This document shows, in pieces, positions 1-14,900 of a stretch of 64,000 bases of DNA. A program made the position numbers and the translations under genes. The DNA is from Azolla caroliniana (Eukaryota; Plantae; Polypodiophyta), in assembly GCA_043228905.1 (NCBI GenBank), contig JBHGNT010000127.1:8005-72004 (forward strand), in the 5' to 3' direction. How positions within the stretch are numbered: the first letter of the stretch is position 1; each line of letters opens with the position of its first letter. A model generated the notes under the pieces. The model worked only from the letters and a program-made list of their open reading frames with translations. It was not told the origin of the DNA and did no database searches.

Positions 1-2670
1 TGTTTGTACACAAAAATCCGATATCACACTTGCTAGGTATGAACATTTTAATTTACTCAAGTGCTCCTCTCAACTCACTACTCAAATTTGGTAATTCCTT
101 CATGTCTCTCGACTTGAGTTTCAAAATCTTGATGTTTTAATCGCATATCATAGCTAGCGTTGTTATCTTCAATTCGCATGTTTGAACACAAAAAACCGAT
201 ATCACACTCGCTAGGTATGAACATGTTAATTTACACAAGGGCTCCTCTCAACTCACTACTCAAATTTGGTAATTTCGTCATGCCTCTCGACCTGAGTTTC
301 CAAATCTTGATTTTTTAATTCCATATCATAGCTAGCGTTGTTAGTTTCGATTCCCATGTTTGAGCACAAACATCCGATATCACACTCGCCAGGTATGAAC
401 ATTTTCATTTACCTACTAGCTCTTCGAACCTCACTCCTCTAATTTGGTAATTTCGTCATGTCTCTCGACCTGAGTTTCAAAATCTTGATTTTTTAATTCC
501 ATATCATAGCTAGCGTTGTTAGCTTCGATTCGCATGTTTGAGCACAAACATCCGATATCATACTCGCCAGGTATGAACATTTTAATTTACCTACTAGCTC
601 TTCCCAACTCACTCCTCTAATTTGGTAATTTTGTCATGTCTCTCGACCTGAGTTTCAAAATCTTGATTTTCTAATTCCATATCAGAGCTAGCGTTGTCAG
701 CTTTGATTCGCATGTTTGTACACAAAAAGCCGATATCACACTTGCTAGGTATGAACATTTTAATTTACTCAAGTGCTCCTCTCAACTCACTACTCAAATT
801 TGGTAATTTCGTCATGCCTCTCGACCTGAGTTTCCAAATCTTGATTTTTTAATTCCATATCATAGCTAGCGTTATTAGCTTCGATTCGCATGTTTGAAAA
901 CAAAAATCCGATATCACACTCGCCAGGTATGAACATTTTAATTTACCTACTAGCTCTTCCCAACTCACTCCTCTAATTTGGTAATTTCGTCATGTCTCTT
1001 GACCTGAGTTTCAAAATCTTGATTTTTTAATTCCATATCATAGCTAGCGTTGTTAGCTTCGATTCGCATGTTTGTACACAAAAATCCGATATCACACTCG
1101 CCAGGTATGAACATTTTAATTTACCTACTAGCTCTTCCAACCTCACTCCTCTAATTTGGTAATTTCGTCATGTCTCTCGACCTGAGTTTCAAAATCTTGA
1201 TTTTTTAATTCCATATCAGAGCTAGCGTTGTTAGCTTCGATTCGCATGTTTGTACATAAAAAGCCGATATCACACTCGCTAGGTATGAACATTTTAATTT
1301 ACTCAAGGGCTCCTCTCAACTCACTCCTCTAATTTGGTAATTTCGTCATGTCTCTCGACCTGAGTTTCAAAATCTTGATTTTTTAATTCCATATCATAGC
1401 TAGCGTTGTTAGCTTCGATTCGCATGTTTGAACACAAAAATCCGATATCACACTCGCCAGGTATGAACATTTTAATTTACTCAAGGGCTCCTCTCAACTC
1501 ACTCCTCAACTTTGGTAATTTCGTCATGTCTCTCGACTTGAGTTTCAAAATCTTGATTTTTTAATTCCATATTATAGCTAGCGTTGTTAGCTTCGATTCG
1601 CATGTTTGTACACAAAAATCCGATATCACACTCGCCAGGTATGAACATTTTAATTTACCTACTAGCTCTTCGAACCTCACTCCTCAAATTTGGTAATTTC
1701 GTCATGTCTCTCGACCTGAGTTTCAAAATCTTGATTTTTTAATTCCATATCATAGCTAGCGTTGTTAGCTTCGATTCGCATGTTTGTACATAAAAAGCCG
1801 ATATCACACTCGCTAGGTATGAACATTTTAATTTACTCAAGGGCTCCTCTCAACTCACTCCTCTAATTTGGTAATTTCGTCATGTCTCTCGACCTGAGTT
1901 TCAAAATCTTGATTTTTTAATTCCATATCATAGCTAGCGTTGTTAGCTTCGATTCGCATGTTTGAACACAAAAATCCGATATCACACTCGCCAGGTATGA
2001 ACATTTTAATTTACCTACTAGCTCTTCCCAACTCACTCCTCAAATTTGGTAATTTCGTCATGTCTCTCGACCTGAGTTTCAAAATCTTGATTTTTTAATT
2101 CCATATCATAGCTAGCGTTGTTAGCTTCGATTCGCATGTTTGTACACAAAAATCCGATATCACACTCGCCAGGTATGAACATTTTAATTTACTCAAGGGC
2201 TCCTCTCAACTCACTCCTCAAATTTGGTAATTTCGTCATGTCTCTCGACCTGAGTTTGAAAATCTTGATTTTTTAATTCCATATCAGAGCTAGCGTTGTT
2301 AGCTTCGATTCGCATGTTTGAACACAAGAATCCGATATAACACTCGCCAGGTATGAACATTTTAATTTACTCAAGGGCTCCTCTCAACTCACTCCTCAAC
2401 TTTGGTAATTTCGTCATGTCTCTGGACCTGAGTTTCAAAATCTTGATTTTTTAATTCCATATCATAGCTAGCGTTGTTAGCTTCGATTCGAATGTTTGAG
2501 CACAAACATCCGATATCACACTCGCCACGTATGAACATTTTCATTTACCTACTAGCTCTTCGAACCTCACTCCTCAAATTTGGTAATTTCGTCATGTCTC
2601 TCGACCTGAGTTTCAAAATCTTGATTTTTTAATTCCATATCATAGCTAGCATTGTTAGCTTCGATTCGCA

Positions 2671-2797
2671 TGTTTGAACACAAAAATCCGATATCACACG
2701 AGCCAGGTATGAACATTTTAATTTACTCAAGGGCTCCTCTCAACTCACTCCTCAAATTTGGTAATTTCGTAGCTAGCGTTATTAGCTTCGATTCGCA
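2671..2797 (+). repeat. 127-bp truncated monomer (51-bp deletion); other copies 3866-3992, 5595-5721, 7858-7984, 9765-9891, 16376-16502
   Basis: Lacks catgtctctcgacctgagtttcaaaatcttgattttttaattccatatcat; anchor-to-anchor distance is 127. Confidence 0.95.
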
Positions 2798-4639
2798 TGT
2801 TTGAAAACAAAAATCCGATATCACACTCGCCAGGTATGAACATTTTAATTTACCTACTAGCTCTTCCCAACTCACTCCTCTAATTTGGTAATTTCGTCAT
2901 GTCTCTCGACCTGAGTTTCAAAATCTTGATTTTTTAATTCCATATCATAGCTAGCGTTGTTAGCTTCGATTCGCATGTTTGTACACAAAAATCCGATATC
3001 ACACTCGCCAGGTATGAACATTTTAATTTACCTACTAGCTCTTCCAACCTCACTCCTCTAATTTGGTAATTTCGTCATGTCTCTCGACCTGAGTTTCAAA
3101 ATCTTGATTTTTTAATTCCATATCAGAGCTAGCGTTGTTAGCTTCGATTCGCATGTTTGTACATAAAAATCCGATATCACACTCGCTAGGTATGAACATT
3201 TTAATTTACTCAAGGGCTCCTCTCAACTCACTCCTCTAATTTGGTAATTTCGTCATGTCTCTCGACCTGAGTTTCAAAATCTTGATTTTTTAATTCCATA
3301 TCATAGCTAGCGTTGTTAGCTTCGATTCGCATGTTTGAACACAAAAATCCGATATCACACTCGCCAGGTATGAACATTTTAATTTACCTACTAGCTCTTC
3401 CCAACTCACTCCTCTAATTTGGTAATTTCGTCATGTCTCTCGACCTGAGTTTCAAAATCTTGATTTTTTAATTCCATATCAGAGCTAGCGTTGTTAGCTT
3501 CGATTCGCATGTTTGTACATAAAAAGCCGATATCACACTCGCTAGGTATGAACATTTTAATTTACTCAAGGGCTCCTCTCAACTCACTCCTCAACTTTGG
3601 TAATATCGTCATGTCTCTGGACCTGAGTTTCAAAATCTTGATTTTTTAATTCCATATCATAGCTAGCGTTGTTAGCTTCGATTCGAATGTTTGAGCACAA
3701 ACATCCGATATCACACTCGCCACGTATGAACATTTTCATTTACCTACTAGCTCTTCGAACCTCACTCCTCAAATTTGGTAATTTCGTCATGTCTCTCGAC
3801 CTGAGTTTCAAAATCTTGATTTTGTAATTCCATATCATAGCTAGCATTGTTAGCTTCGATTCGCATGTTTGAACACAAAAATCCGATATCACACGAGCCA
3901 GGTATGAACATTTTAATTTACTCAAGGGCTCCTCTCAACTCACTCCTCAAATTTGGTAATTTCGTAGCTAGCGTTATTAGCTTCGATTCGCATGTTTGAA
4001 AACAAAAATCCGATATCACACTCGCCAGGTATGAACATTTTAATTTACCTACTAGCTCTTCCCAACTCACTCCTCTAATTTGGTAATTTCGTCATGTCTC
4101 TCGACCTGAGTTTCAAAATCTTGATTTTTTAATTCCATATCATAGCTAGCGTTGTTAGCTTCGATTCGCATGTTTGTACACAAAAATCCGATATCACACT
4201 CGCCAGGTATGAACATTTTAATTTACCTACTAGCTCTTCCAACCTCACTCCTCTAATTTGGTAATTTCGTCATGTCTCTCGACCTGAGTTTCAAAATCTT
4301 GATTTTTTAATTCCATATCAGAGCTAGCGTTGTTAGCTTCGATTCGCATGTTTGTACATAAAAATCCGATATCACACTCGCTAGGTATGAACATTTTAAT
4401 TTACTCAAGGGCTCCTCTCAACTCACTCCTCTAATTTGGTAATTTCGTCATGTCTCTCGACCTGAGTTTCAAAATCTTGATTTTTTAATTCCATATCAGA
4501 GCTAGCGTTGTTAGCTTCGATTCGCATGTTTGAACACAAAAATCCGATATCACACTCGCCAGGTATGAACATTTTAATTTACTCAAGGGCTCCTCTCAAC
4601 TCACTCCTCAACTTTGGTAATATCGTCATGTCTCTGGAC

Positions 4640-7600
4640 CTGAGTTTCAAAATCTTGATTTTTTAATTCCATATCATAGCTAGCGTTGTTAGCTTCGATT
4701 CGCATGTTTGAACACAAAAATCCGATATCACACTCGCCAGGTATGAACATTTTAATTTACCTACTAGCTCTTCCCAACTCACTCCTCTAATTTGGTAATT
4801 TCGTCATGTCTCTCGACCTGAGTTTCAAAATCTTGATTTTTTAATTCCATATCATAGCTAGCGTTGTTAGCTTCGATTCGCATATTTGTACACAAAAATC
4901 CGATATCACACTCGCCAGGTATGAACATTTTAATTTACTCAAGGGCTCCTCTCAACTCACTCCTCAAATTTGGTAATTTCGTCATGTCTCTCGACCTGAG
5001 TTTGAAAATCTTGATTTTTTAATTCCATATCAGAGCTAGCGTTGTTAGCTTCGATTCGCATGTTTGAACACAAAAATCCGATATCACACTCGCCAGGTAC
5101 GAACATTTTAATTTACTCAAGGGCTCCTCTCAACTCACTCCTCAAATTTGGTAATTTCGTCATGTCTCTCGACCTGAGTTAGAAAATCTTGATTTTTTAA
5201 TTCCATATCAGAGCTAGCGTTGTTAGCTTCGATTCGCATGTTTGAACACAAAAATCCGATATCACACTCGCCAGGTATGAACATTTTAATTTACTCAAGG
5301 GCTCCTCTCAACTCACTCCTCAACTTTGGTAATATCGTCATGTCTCTGGACCTGAGTTTCAAAATCTTGATTTTTTAATTCCATATCATAGCTAGCGTTG
5401 TTAGCTTCGATTCGAATGTTTGAGCACAAACATCCGATATCACACTCGCCACGTATGAACATTTTCATTTACCTACTAGCTCTTCGAACCTCACTCCTCA
5501 AATTTGGTAATTTCGTCATGTCTCTCGACCTGAGTTTCAAAATCTTGATTTTGTAATTCCATATCATAGCTAGCATTGTTAGCTTCGATTCGCATGTTTG
5601 AACACAAAAATCCGATATCACACGAGCCAGGTATGAACATTTTAATTTACTCAAGGGCTCCTCTCAACTCACTCCTCAAATTTGGTAATTTCGTAGCTAG
5701 CGTTATTAGCTTCGATTCGCATGTTTGAAAACAAAAATCCGATATCACACTCGCCAGGTATGAACATTTTAATTTACCTACTAGCTCTTCCCAACTCACT
5801 CCTCTAATTTGGTAATTTCGTCATGTCTCTCGACCTGAGTTTCAAAATCTTGATTTTTTAATTCCATATCATAGCTAGCGTTGTTAGCTTCGATTCGCAT
5901 GTTTGTACACAAAAATCCGATATCACACTCGCCAGGTATGAACATTTTAATTTACCTACTAGCTCTTCCAACCTCACTCCTCTAATTTGGTAATTTCGTC
6001 ATGTCTCTCGACCTGAGTTTCAAAATCTTGATTTTTTAATTCCATATCAGAGCTAGCGTTGTTAGCTTCGATTCGCATGTTTGTACATAAAAAGCCGATG
6101 TCACACTCGCTAGGTATGAACATTTTAATTTACTCAAGGGCTCCTCTCAACTCACTCCTCTAATTTGGTAATTTCGTCATGTCTCTCGACCTGAGTTTCA
6201 AAATCTTGATTTTTTAATTCCATATCATAGCTAGCGTTGTTAGCTTCGATTCGCATGTTTGAACACAAAAATCCGATATCACACTCGCCAGGTATGAACA
6301 TTTTAATTTACCTACTAGCTCTTCCCAACTCACTCCTCTAATTTGGTAATTTCGTCATGTCTCTCGACCTGAGTTTCAAAATCTTGATTTTTTAATTCCA
6401 TATCATAGCTAGCGTTGTTAGCTTCGATTCGCATGTTTGTACACAAAAATCCGATATCACACTCCCCAGGTATGAACATTTTAATTTACTCAAGGGCTCC
6501 TCTCAACTCACTCCTCAAATTTGGTAATTTCGTCATGTCTCTCGACCTGAGTTTGAAAATCTTGATTTTTTAATTCCATATCAGAGCTAGCGTTGTTAGC
6601 TTCGATTCGCATGTTTGAACACAAAAATCCGATATCACACTCGCCAGGTATGAACATTTTAATTTACTCAAGGGCTCCTCTCAACTCACTCCTCAACTTT
6701 GGTAATTTCGTCATGTCTCTGGACCTGAGTTTCAAAATCTTGATTTTTTAATTCCATATCAGAGCTAGCGTTGTCAGCTCTGATTCGCATGTTTGTACAC
6801 AAAAAGCCGATATCACACTTGCTAGGTATGAACATTTTAATTTACTCAAGTGCTCCTCTCAACTCACTACTGAAATTTGGTAATTTCGTCATGTCTCCCG
6901 ACCTGAGTTTCAAAATCTTGATATTTTAATTCCATATCATAGCTAGCATTGTTAGCTTCGATTCGCATGTTTGAACACAAAAATCCGATATCACACGAGC
7001 CAGGTATGAACATTTTAATTTACCTACTAGCTCTTCCCAACTCACTCCTCTAATTTGGTAATTTCGTCATGTCTCTCGACCTGAGTTTCAAAATCTTGAT
7101 TTTTTAATTCCATATCATAGCTAGCGTTGTTAGCTTCGATTCGCATGTTTGTACACAAAAATCCGATATCACACTCGCCAGGTATGAACATTTTAATTTA
7201 CCTACTAGCTCTTCCAACCTCACTCCTCTAATTTGGTAATTTCGTCATGTCTCTCGACCTGAGTTTCAAAATCTTGATTTTTTAATTCCATATCAGAGCT
7301 AGCGTTGTTAGCTTCGATTCGCATGTTTGTACATAAAAATCCGATATCACACTCGCTAGGTATGAACATTTTAATTTACTCAAGGGCTCCTCTCAACTCA
7401 CTCCTCTAATTTGGTAATTTCGTCATGTCTCTCGACCTGAGTTTCAAAATCTTGATTTTTTAATTCCATATCATAGCTAGCGTTGTTAGCTTCGATTCGC
7501 ATGTTTGAACACAAAAATCCGATATCACACTCGCCAGGTATGAACATTTTAATTTACCTACTAGCTCTTCCCAACTCACTCCTCTAATTTGGTAATTTCG

Positions 7601-10600
7601 TCATGTCTCTCGACCTGAGTTTCAAAATCTTGATTTTTTAATTCCATATCAGAGCTAGCGTTGTTAGCTTCGATTCGCATGTTTGTACATAAAAAGCCGA
7701 TATCACACTCGCTAGGTATGAACATTTTAATTTACTCAAGGGCTCCTCTCAACTCACTCCTCTAATTTGGTAATTTCGTCATGTCTCTCGACCTGAGTTT
7801 CAAAATCTTGATTTTGTAATTCCATATCATAGCTAGCATTGTTAGCTTCGATTCGCATGTTTGAACACAAAAATCCGATATCACACGAGCCAGGTATGAA
7901 CATTTTAATTTACTCAAGGGCTCCTCTCAACTCACTCCTCAAATTTCGTAATTTCGTAGCTAGCGTTATTAGCTTCGATTCGCATGTTTGAAAACAAAAA
8001 TCCGATATCACACTCGCCAGGTATGAACATTTTAATTTACCTACTAGCTCTTCCCAACTCACTCCTCTAATTTGGTAATTTCGTCATGTCTCTCGACCTG
8101 AGTTTCAAAATCTTGATTTTTTAATTCCATATGATAGCTAGCGTTGTTAGCTTCGATTCGCATGTTTGTACACAAAAATCCGATATCACACTCGCCAGGT
8201 ATGAACATTTTAATTTACCTACTAGCTCTTCCAACCTCACTCCTCTAATTTGGTAATTTCGTCATGTCTCTCGACCTGAGTTTCAAAATCTTGATTTTTT
8301 AATTCCATATCAGAGCTAGCGTTGTTAGCTTCGATTCGCATGTTTGTACATAAAAATCCGATATCACACTCGCTAGGTATGAACATTTTAATTTACTCAA
8401 GGGCTCCTCTCAACTCACTCCTCTAATTTGGTAATTTCGTCATGTCTCTCGACCTGAGTTTCAAAATCTTGATTTTTTAATTCCATATCATAGCTAGCGT
8501 TGTTAGCTTCGATTCGCATGTTTGAACACAAAAATCCGATATCACACTCGCCAGGTATGAACATTTTAATTTACCTACTAGCTCTTCCCAACTCACTCCT
8601 CTAATTTGGTAATTTCGTCATGTCTCTCGACCTGAGTTTCAAAATCTTGATTTTTTAATTCCATATCAGAGCTAGCGTTGTTAGCTTCGATTCGCATGTT
8701 TGTACATAAAAAGCCGATATCACACTCGCTAGGTATGAACATTTTAATTTACTCAAGGGCTCCTCTCAACTCACTCCTCTAATTTGGTAATTTCGTCATG
8801 TCTCTCGACCTGAGTTTCAAAATCTTGATTTTTTAATTCCATATCATAGCTAGCGTTGTTAGCTTCGATTCGCATGTTTGAACACAAAAATCCGATATCA
8901 CACTCGCCAGGTATGAACATTTTAATTTACCTACTAGCTCTTCCCAACTCACTCCTCTAATTTGGTAATTTCGTCATGTCTCTCGACCTGAGTTTCAAAA
9001 TCTTGATTTTTTAATTCCATATCATAGCTAGCGTTGTTAGCTTCGATTCGCATATTTGTACACAAAAATCCGATATCACACTCGCCAGGTATGAACATTT
9101 TAATTTACTCAAGGGCTCCTCTCAACTCACTCCTCAAATTTGGTAATTTCGTCATGTGTCTCGACCTGAGTTTGAAAATCTTGATTTTTTAATTCCATAT
9201 CAGAGCTAGCGTTGTTAGCTTCGATTCGCATGTTTGAACACAAAAATCCGATATCACACTCGCCAGGTATGAACATTTTAATTTACTCAAGGGCTCCTCT
9301 CAACTCACTCCTCAAATTTGGTAATTTCGTCATGTCTCTCGACCTGAGTTAGAAAATCTTGATTTTTTAATTCCATATCAGAGCTAGCGTTGTTAGCTTC
9401 GATTCGCATGTTTGAACACAAAAATCCGATATCACACTCGCCAGGTATGAACATTTTAATTTACTCAAGGGCTCCTCTCAACTCACTCCTCAACTTTGGT
9501 AATATCGTCATGTCTCTGGACCTGAGTTTCAAAATCTTGATTTTTTAATTCCATATCATAGCTAGCGTTGTTAGCTTCGATTCGAATGTTTGAGCACAAA
9601 CATCCGATATCACACTCGCCACGTATGAACATTTTCATTTACCTACTAGCTCTTCGAACCTCACTCCTCAAATTTGGTAATTTCGTCATGTCTCTCGACC
9701 TGAGTTTCAAAATCTTGATTTTGTAATTCCATATCATAGCTAGCATTGTTAGCTTCGATTCGCATGTTTGAACACAAAAATCCGATATCACACGAGCCAG
9801 GTATGAACATTTTAATTTACTCAAGGGCTCCTCTCAACTCACTCCTCAAATTTGGTAATTTCGTAGCTAGCGTTATTAGCTTCGATTCGCATGTTTGAAA
9901 ACAAAAATCCGATATCACACTCGCCAGGTATGAACATTTTAATTTACCTACTAGCTCTTCCCAACTCACTCCTCTAATTTGGTAATTTCGTCATGTCTCT
10001 CGACCTGAGTTTCAAAATCTTGATTTTTTAATTCCATATCATAGCTAGCGTTGTTAGCTTCGATTCGCATGTTTGTACACAAAAATCCGATATCACACTC
10101 GCCAGGTATGAACATTTTAATTTACCTACTAGCTCTTCCAACCTCACTCCTCTAATTTGGTAATTTCGTCATGTCTCTCGACCTGAGTTTCAAAATCTTG
10201 ATTTTTTAATTCCATATCAGAGCTAGCGTTGTTAGCTTCGATTCGCATGTTTGTACATAAAAAGCCGATATCACACTCGCTAGGTATGAACATTTTAATT
10301 TACTCAAGGGCTCCTCTCAACTCACTCCTCTAATTTGGTAATTTCGTCATGTCTCTCGACCTGAGTTTCAAAATCTTGATTTTTTAATTCCATATCATAG
10401 CTAGCGTTGTTAGCTTCGATTCGCATGTTTGAACACAAAAATCCGATATCACACTCGCCAGGTATGAACATTTTAATTTACCTACTAGCTCTTCCCAACT
10501 CACTCCTCTAATTTGGTAATTTCGTCATGTCTCTCGACCTGAGTTTCAAAATCTTGATTTTTTAATTCCATATCATAGCTAGCGTTGTTAGCTTCGATTC

Positions 10601-10855
10601 GCATGTTTGTACACAAAAATCCGATATCACACTCCCCAGGTATGAACATTTTAATTTACTCAAGGGCTCCTCTCAACTCACTCCTCAAATTTGGTAATTT
10701 CGTCATGTCTCTCGACCTGAGTTTGAAAATCTAGATTTTTTAATTCCATATCAGAGCTAGCGTTGTTAGCTTCGATTCGCATGTTTGAACACAAAAATCC
10801 GATATCACACTCGCCAGGTATGAACATTTTAATTTACTCAAGGGCTCCTCTCAAC
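4640..10855 (+). repeat. Direct duplication of about 2.0 kb (about 4640-6685 and 8810-10855; offset 4170 bp)
   Basis: Rare variants shared at offset 4170: catatttgta 4881/9051, agaaaatctt 5181/9351, actccccagg 6461/10631; identical ORFs at 5469/9639. Confidence 0.88.
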
Positions 10856-10856
10856 A
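10782..10856 (+). repeat. 75-bp truncated monomer (103-bp out-of-register junction), single copy
   Basis: ctcctctcaac joined directly to atgtttgtacac at 10855/10856. Confidence 0.95.
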
Positions 10857-11959
10857 TGTTTGTACACAAAAAGCCGATATCACACTTGCTAGGTATGAAC
10901 ATTTTAATTTACTCAAGTTCTCCTCTCAACTCACTACTCAAATTTGGTAATTTCGTCATGCCTCTCGACCTGAGTTTCCAAATCTTGATTTTTTAATTCC
11001 ATATCATAGCTAGCGTTGTTAGTTTCGATTCCCATGTTTGAGCACAAACATCCGATATCACACTCGCCAGGTATGAACATTTTCATTTACCTACTAGCTC
11101 TTCGAACCTCACTCCTCTAATTTGGTAATTTCGTCATGTCTCTCGACCTGAGTTTCAAAATCTTGATTTTTTAATTCCATATCATAGCTAGCGTTGTTAG
11201 CTTCGATTCGCATGTTTGAGCACAAACATCCGATATCATACTCGCCAGGTATGAACATTTTAATTTACCTACTAGCTCTTCCCAACTCACTCCTCTAATT
11301 TGGTAATTTTGTCATGTCTCTCGACCTGAGTTTCAAAATCTTGATTTTCTAATTCCATATCAGAGCTAGCGTTGTCAGCTTTGATTCGCATGTTTGTACA
11401 CAAAAAGCCGATATCACACTTGCTAGGTATGAACATTTTAATTTACTCAAGTGCTCCTCTCAACTCACTACTCAAATTTGGTAATTTCGTCATGCCTCTC
11501 GACCTGAGTTTCCAAATCTTGATTTTTTAATTCCATATCATAGCTAGCGTTATTAGCTTCGATTCGCATGTTTGAAAACAAAAATCCGATATCACACTCG
11601 CCAGGTATGAACATTTTAATTTACCTACTAGCTCTTCCCAACTCACTCCTCTAATTTGGTAATTTCGTCATGTCTCTCGACCTGAGTTTCAAAATCTTGA
11701 TTTTTTTATTCCATATCATAGCTAGCGTTGTTAGCTTCGATTCGCATATTTGTACACAAAAATCCGATATCACACTCGCCAGGTATGAACATTTTAATTT
11801 ACTCAAGGGCTCCTCTCAACTCACTCCTCAAATTTGGTAATTTCGTCATGTCTCTCGACCTGAGTTTGAAAATTCGTATTTTTTAATTCCATATCAGAGC
11901 TAGCGTTGTTAGCTTCGATTCGCATGTTTGAACACAAAAATCCGATATCACACTCGCCA

Positions 11960-14900
11960 GGTATGAACATTTTAATTTACTCAAGTGCTCCTCTCAACTC
12001 ACTACTCAAATTTGGTAATTTCTTCATGTCGCTCGACCTGAGTTTCAAAATCTTGATATTTTAATTTCATATCATAGGTAGCGTTGTTAGCTCCGATTCG
12101 CATGTTTGAACACAAAAATCCGATATCACACTCGCCTGGCATGAACATTTTAATTTACTCAAGGGCTCCTCTCAACTCACTCCTCAAATTTGGTAATTTC
12201 GTCATGTCTCTCGACCTGAGTTTGAAAATCTTGAGTTTTTAATTCCATATCAGAGCTAGCGTTGTTAGCTTCGATTCGCATGTTTGAACACAAAAATCCG
12301 ATATCACACTCGCCAGGTATGAACATTTTAATTTACTCAAGGGCTCCTCTCAACTCACTCCTCAACTTTGGTAATTTCGTCATGTCTCTGGACCTGAGTT
12401 TCAAAATCTTGATTTTTTAATTCCATATCATAGCTAGCGTTGTTAGCTTCGATTCGAATGTTTGAGCACAAACATCCGATATCACACTCGCCACGTATGA
12501 ACATTTTCATTTACCTACTAGCTCTTCGAACCTCACTCCTCAAATTTGGTAATTTCGTCATGTCTCTCGACCTGAGTTTCAAAATCTTGATTTTTTAATT
12601 CCATATCATAGCTAGCATTGTTAGCTTCGATTCGCATGTTTGTACACAAAAAACCGATATCACACTTGCTAGGTATGAACATTTTAATTTACTCAAGTGC
12701 TCCTCTCAACTCACTACTCAAATTTGGTAATTTCGTCATGCCTCTCGACCTGAGTTTCCAAATCTTGATTTTTTAATTCCATATCATAGCTAGCGTTGTG
12801 AGCTTCGATTCGCATGTTTGTACACAAAAATCCGATATCACACTCGCTACGTATGAACATTTTAATTTACTCAAGGGCTCCTCTCAACTCACTCCTCAAA
12901 TTTTGTAATTTCGTCATGTCTCTCGACCTGAGTTTGAAAATCTTGATTTTTTAATTCCATATTATAGCTAGCGTTGTCAGCTTGGATTCGCATGTTTGTA
13001 CACAAAAAGCCGATATCACACTTGCTAGGTATGAACATTTTCATTTACCTACTAGCTCTTCGAACCTCACTCCTCAAATTTGGTAATTTCTTCATGTCGC
13101 TCGACCTGAGTTTCAAAATCTTGATTTTTTAATTCCATATCATAGCTAGCGTTGTTAGCTTCGATTCGCATGTTTGTACACAAAAATCCGATATCACACT
13201 CGCCAGGTATGAACATTTTAATTTACTCAAGGGCTCCTCTCAACTCACTCCTCAAATTTGGTAATTTCGTCATGTCTCTCGACCTGAGTTTGAAAATCTT
13301 GATTTTTTAATTCCATATCAGAGCTAGCGTTGTTAGCTTCGATTCGCATGTTTGAACACAAAAATCCGATATCACACTCGCCAGGTATGAACATTTTAAT
13401 TTACTCAAGGGCTCCTCTCAACTCACTCCTCAACTTTGGTAATTTCGTCATGTCTCTGGACCTGAGTTTCAAAATCTTGATTTTTTAATTCCATATCAGA
13501 GCTAGCGTTGTCAGCTTTGATTCGCATGTTTGTACACAAAAAGCCGATATCACACTTGCTAGGTATGAAAATTTTAATTTACTCAAGTGCTCCTCTCAAC
13601 TCACTACTGAAATTTGGTAATTTCGTCATGTCTCCCGACCTGAGTTTCAAAATCTTGATATTTTAATTCCATATCATAGCTAGCATTGTTAGCTTCGATT
13701 CGCATGTTTGAACACAAAAATCCGATATCACACGAGCCAGGTATGAACATTTTAATTTACCTACTAGCTCTTCCCAACTCACTCCTCAAATTTGGTAATT
13801 TCGTCATGTCTCTCGATCTGAGTTTTGAAAATCTTGATTTTTTAATTCCATATCATAGCTAGCGTTGTGAGCTTCGATTCGCATGTTTGTACACAAAAAT
13901 CCGATATCACACTCGCTAGGTATGAACATTTTAATTTACTCAAGGGCTCCTCTCAACTCACTCCTCAAATTTGGTAATTTCGTCATGTCTCTAGACCTGA
14001 GTTTCAAAATCTTGATTTTTTAATTCCATATCATAGCTAGCGTTGTTAGCTTCGATTCGCATGTTTGAACACAAAAATCCGATATCACACTCGCCAGGTA
14101 TGAACATTTTAATTTACCTACTAGCTCTTCCCAACTCACTCCTCAAATTTGGTTATTTCGTCATGTCTCTCGGCCTGAGTTTCAAAATCTTTATTTTTTA
14201 ATTCCATATCATAGCTAACGTTGTCAACTTTGATTCGCACGTTTGTACACAAAAATCCGATATCACACTCGCTAGGTATGAAAATTTTAATTTACTCAAG
14301 GGCTCCTCTCAACTCACTCCTCTAATTTGGTAATTTCGTCATGTCTCTCGACCTGAGTTTGAAAATCTTGATTTTTTAATTCCATATCATAGCTAGCGTT
14401 GTTAGCTTCGATTCGCATGTTTGAGCTCAAACATCCGATATCATACTCGCCAGGTATGAACATTTTAATTTACCTACTAGCTCTTCCCAACTCACTCCTC
14501 TAATTTGGTAATTTTGTCATGTCTCTCGACCTGAATTTCAAAATCTTGATTTTTTAATTCCATATCAGAGCTAGCGTTGTCAGCTTTGATTCGCATGTTT
14601 GTACACAAAAAACCGATATCACACTTGCTAGGTATGAACATTTTAATTTATTCAAGTGCTCCTCTCAACTCACTACTCAAATTTGGTAATTTCGTCATGC
14701 CTCTCGACCTGAGTTTCCAAATCTTGATTTTTTAATTCCATATCATAGCTAGCGTTGTGAGCTTCGATTCGCATGTTTGTACACAAAAATCCGATATCAC
14801 ACTCGCTAGGTATGAACATTTTAATTTACTCAAGGGCTCCTCTCAACTCACTCCTCAAATTTTGTAACTTCGTCATGTATCTCGACCTGAGTTTGAAAAT

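Larger units (their letters stand above)
1000..10855 (+). repeat. Highly homogeneous young expansion with variable higher-order units (7, 10, 13 and 11 monomers) marked by a 127-bp truncated monomer
   Basis: Junction taatttcgt|agctagcgttattagc at 2770, 3965, 5694, 7957, 9864. Spacings 1195, 1729, 2263, 1907 = 127 + 6, 9, 12, 10 x 178. Confidence 0.88.

Noticed and set aside
3740-9824. Three identical 61-aa minus-strand ORFs (3740, 5469, 9639)
   Set aside because: Entirely satellite sequence, opened by a point variant (ttttgtaatt) and copied with the higher-order repeat; no recognisable protein features.
10763-10996. 77-aa ORF with an internal repeat
   Set aside because: Exists only because the 103-bp junction leaves a 75-bp (in-frame) unit that skips stop codons.
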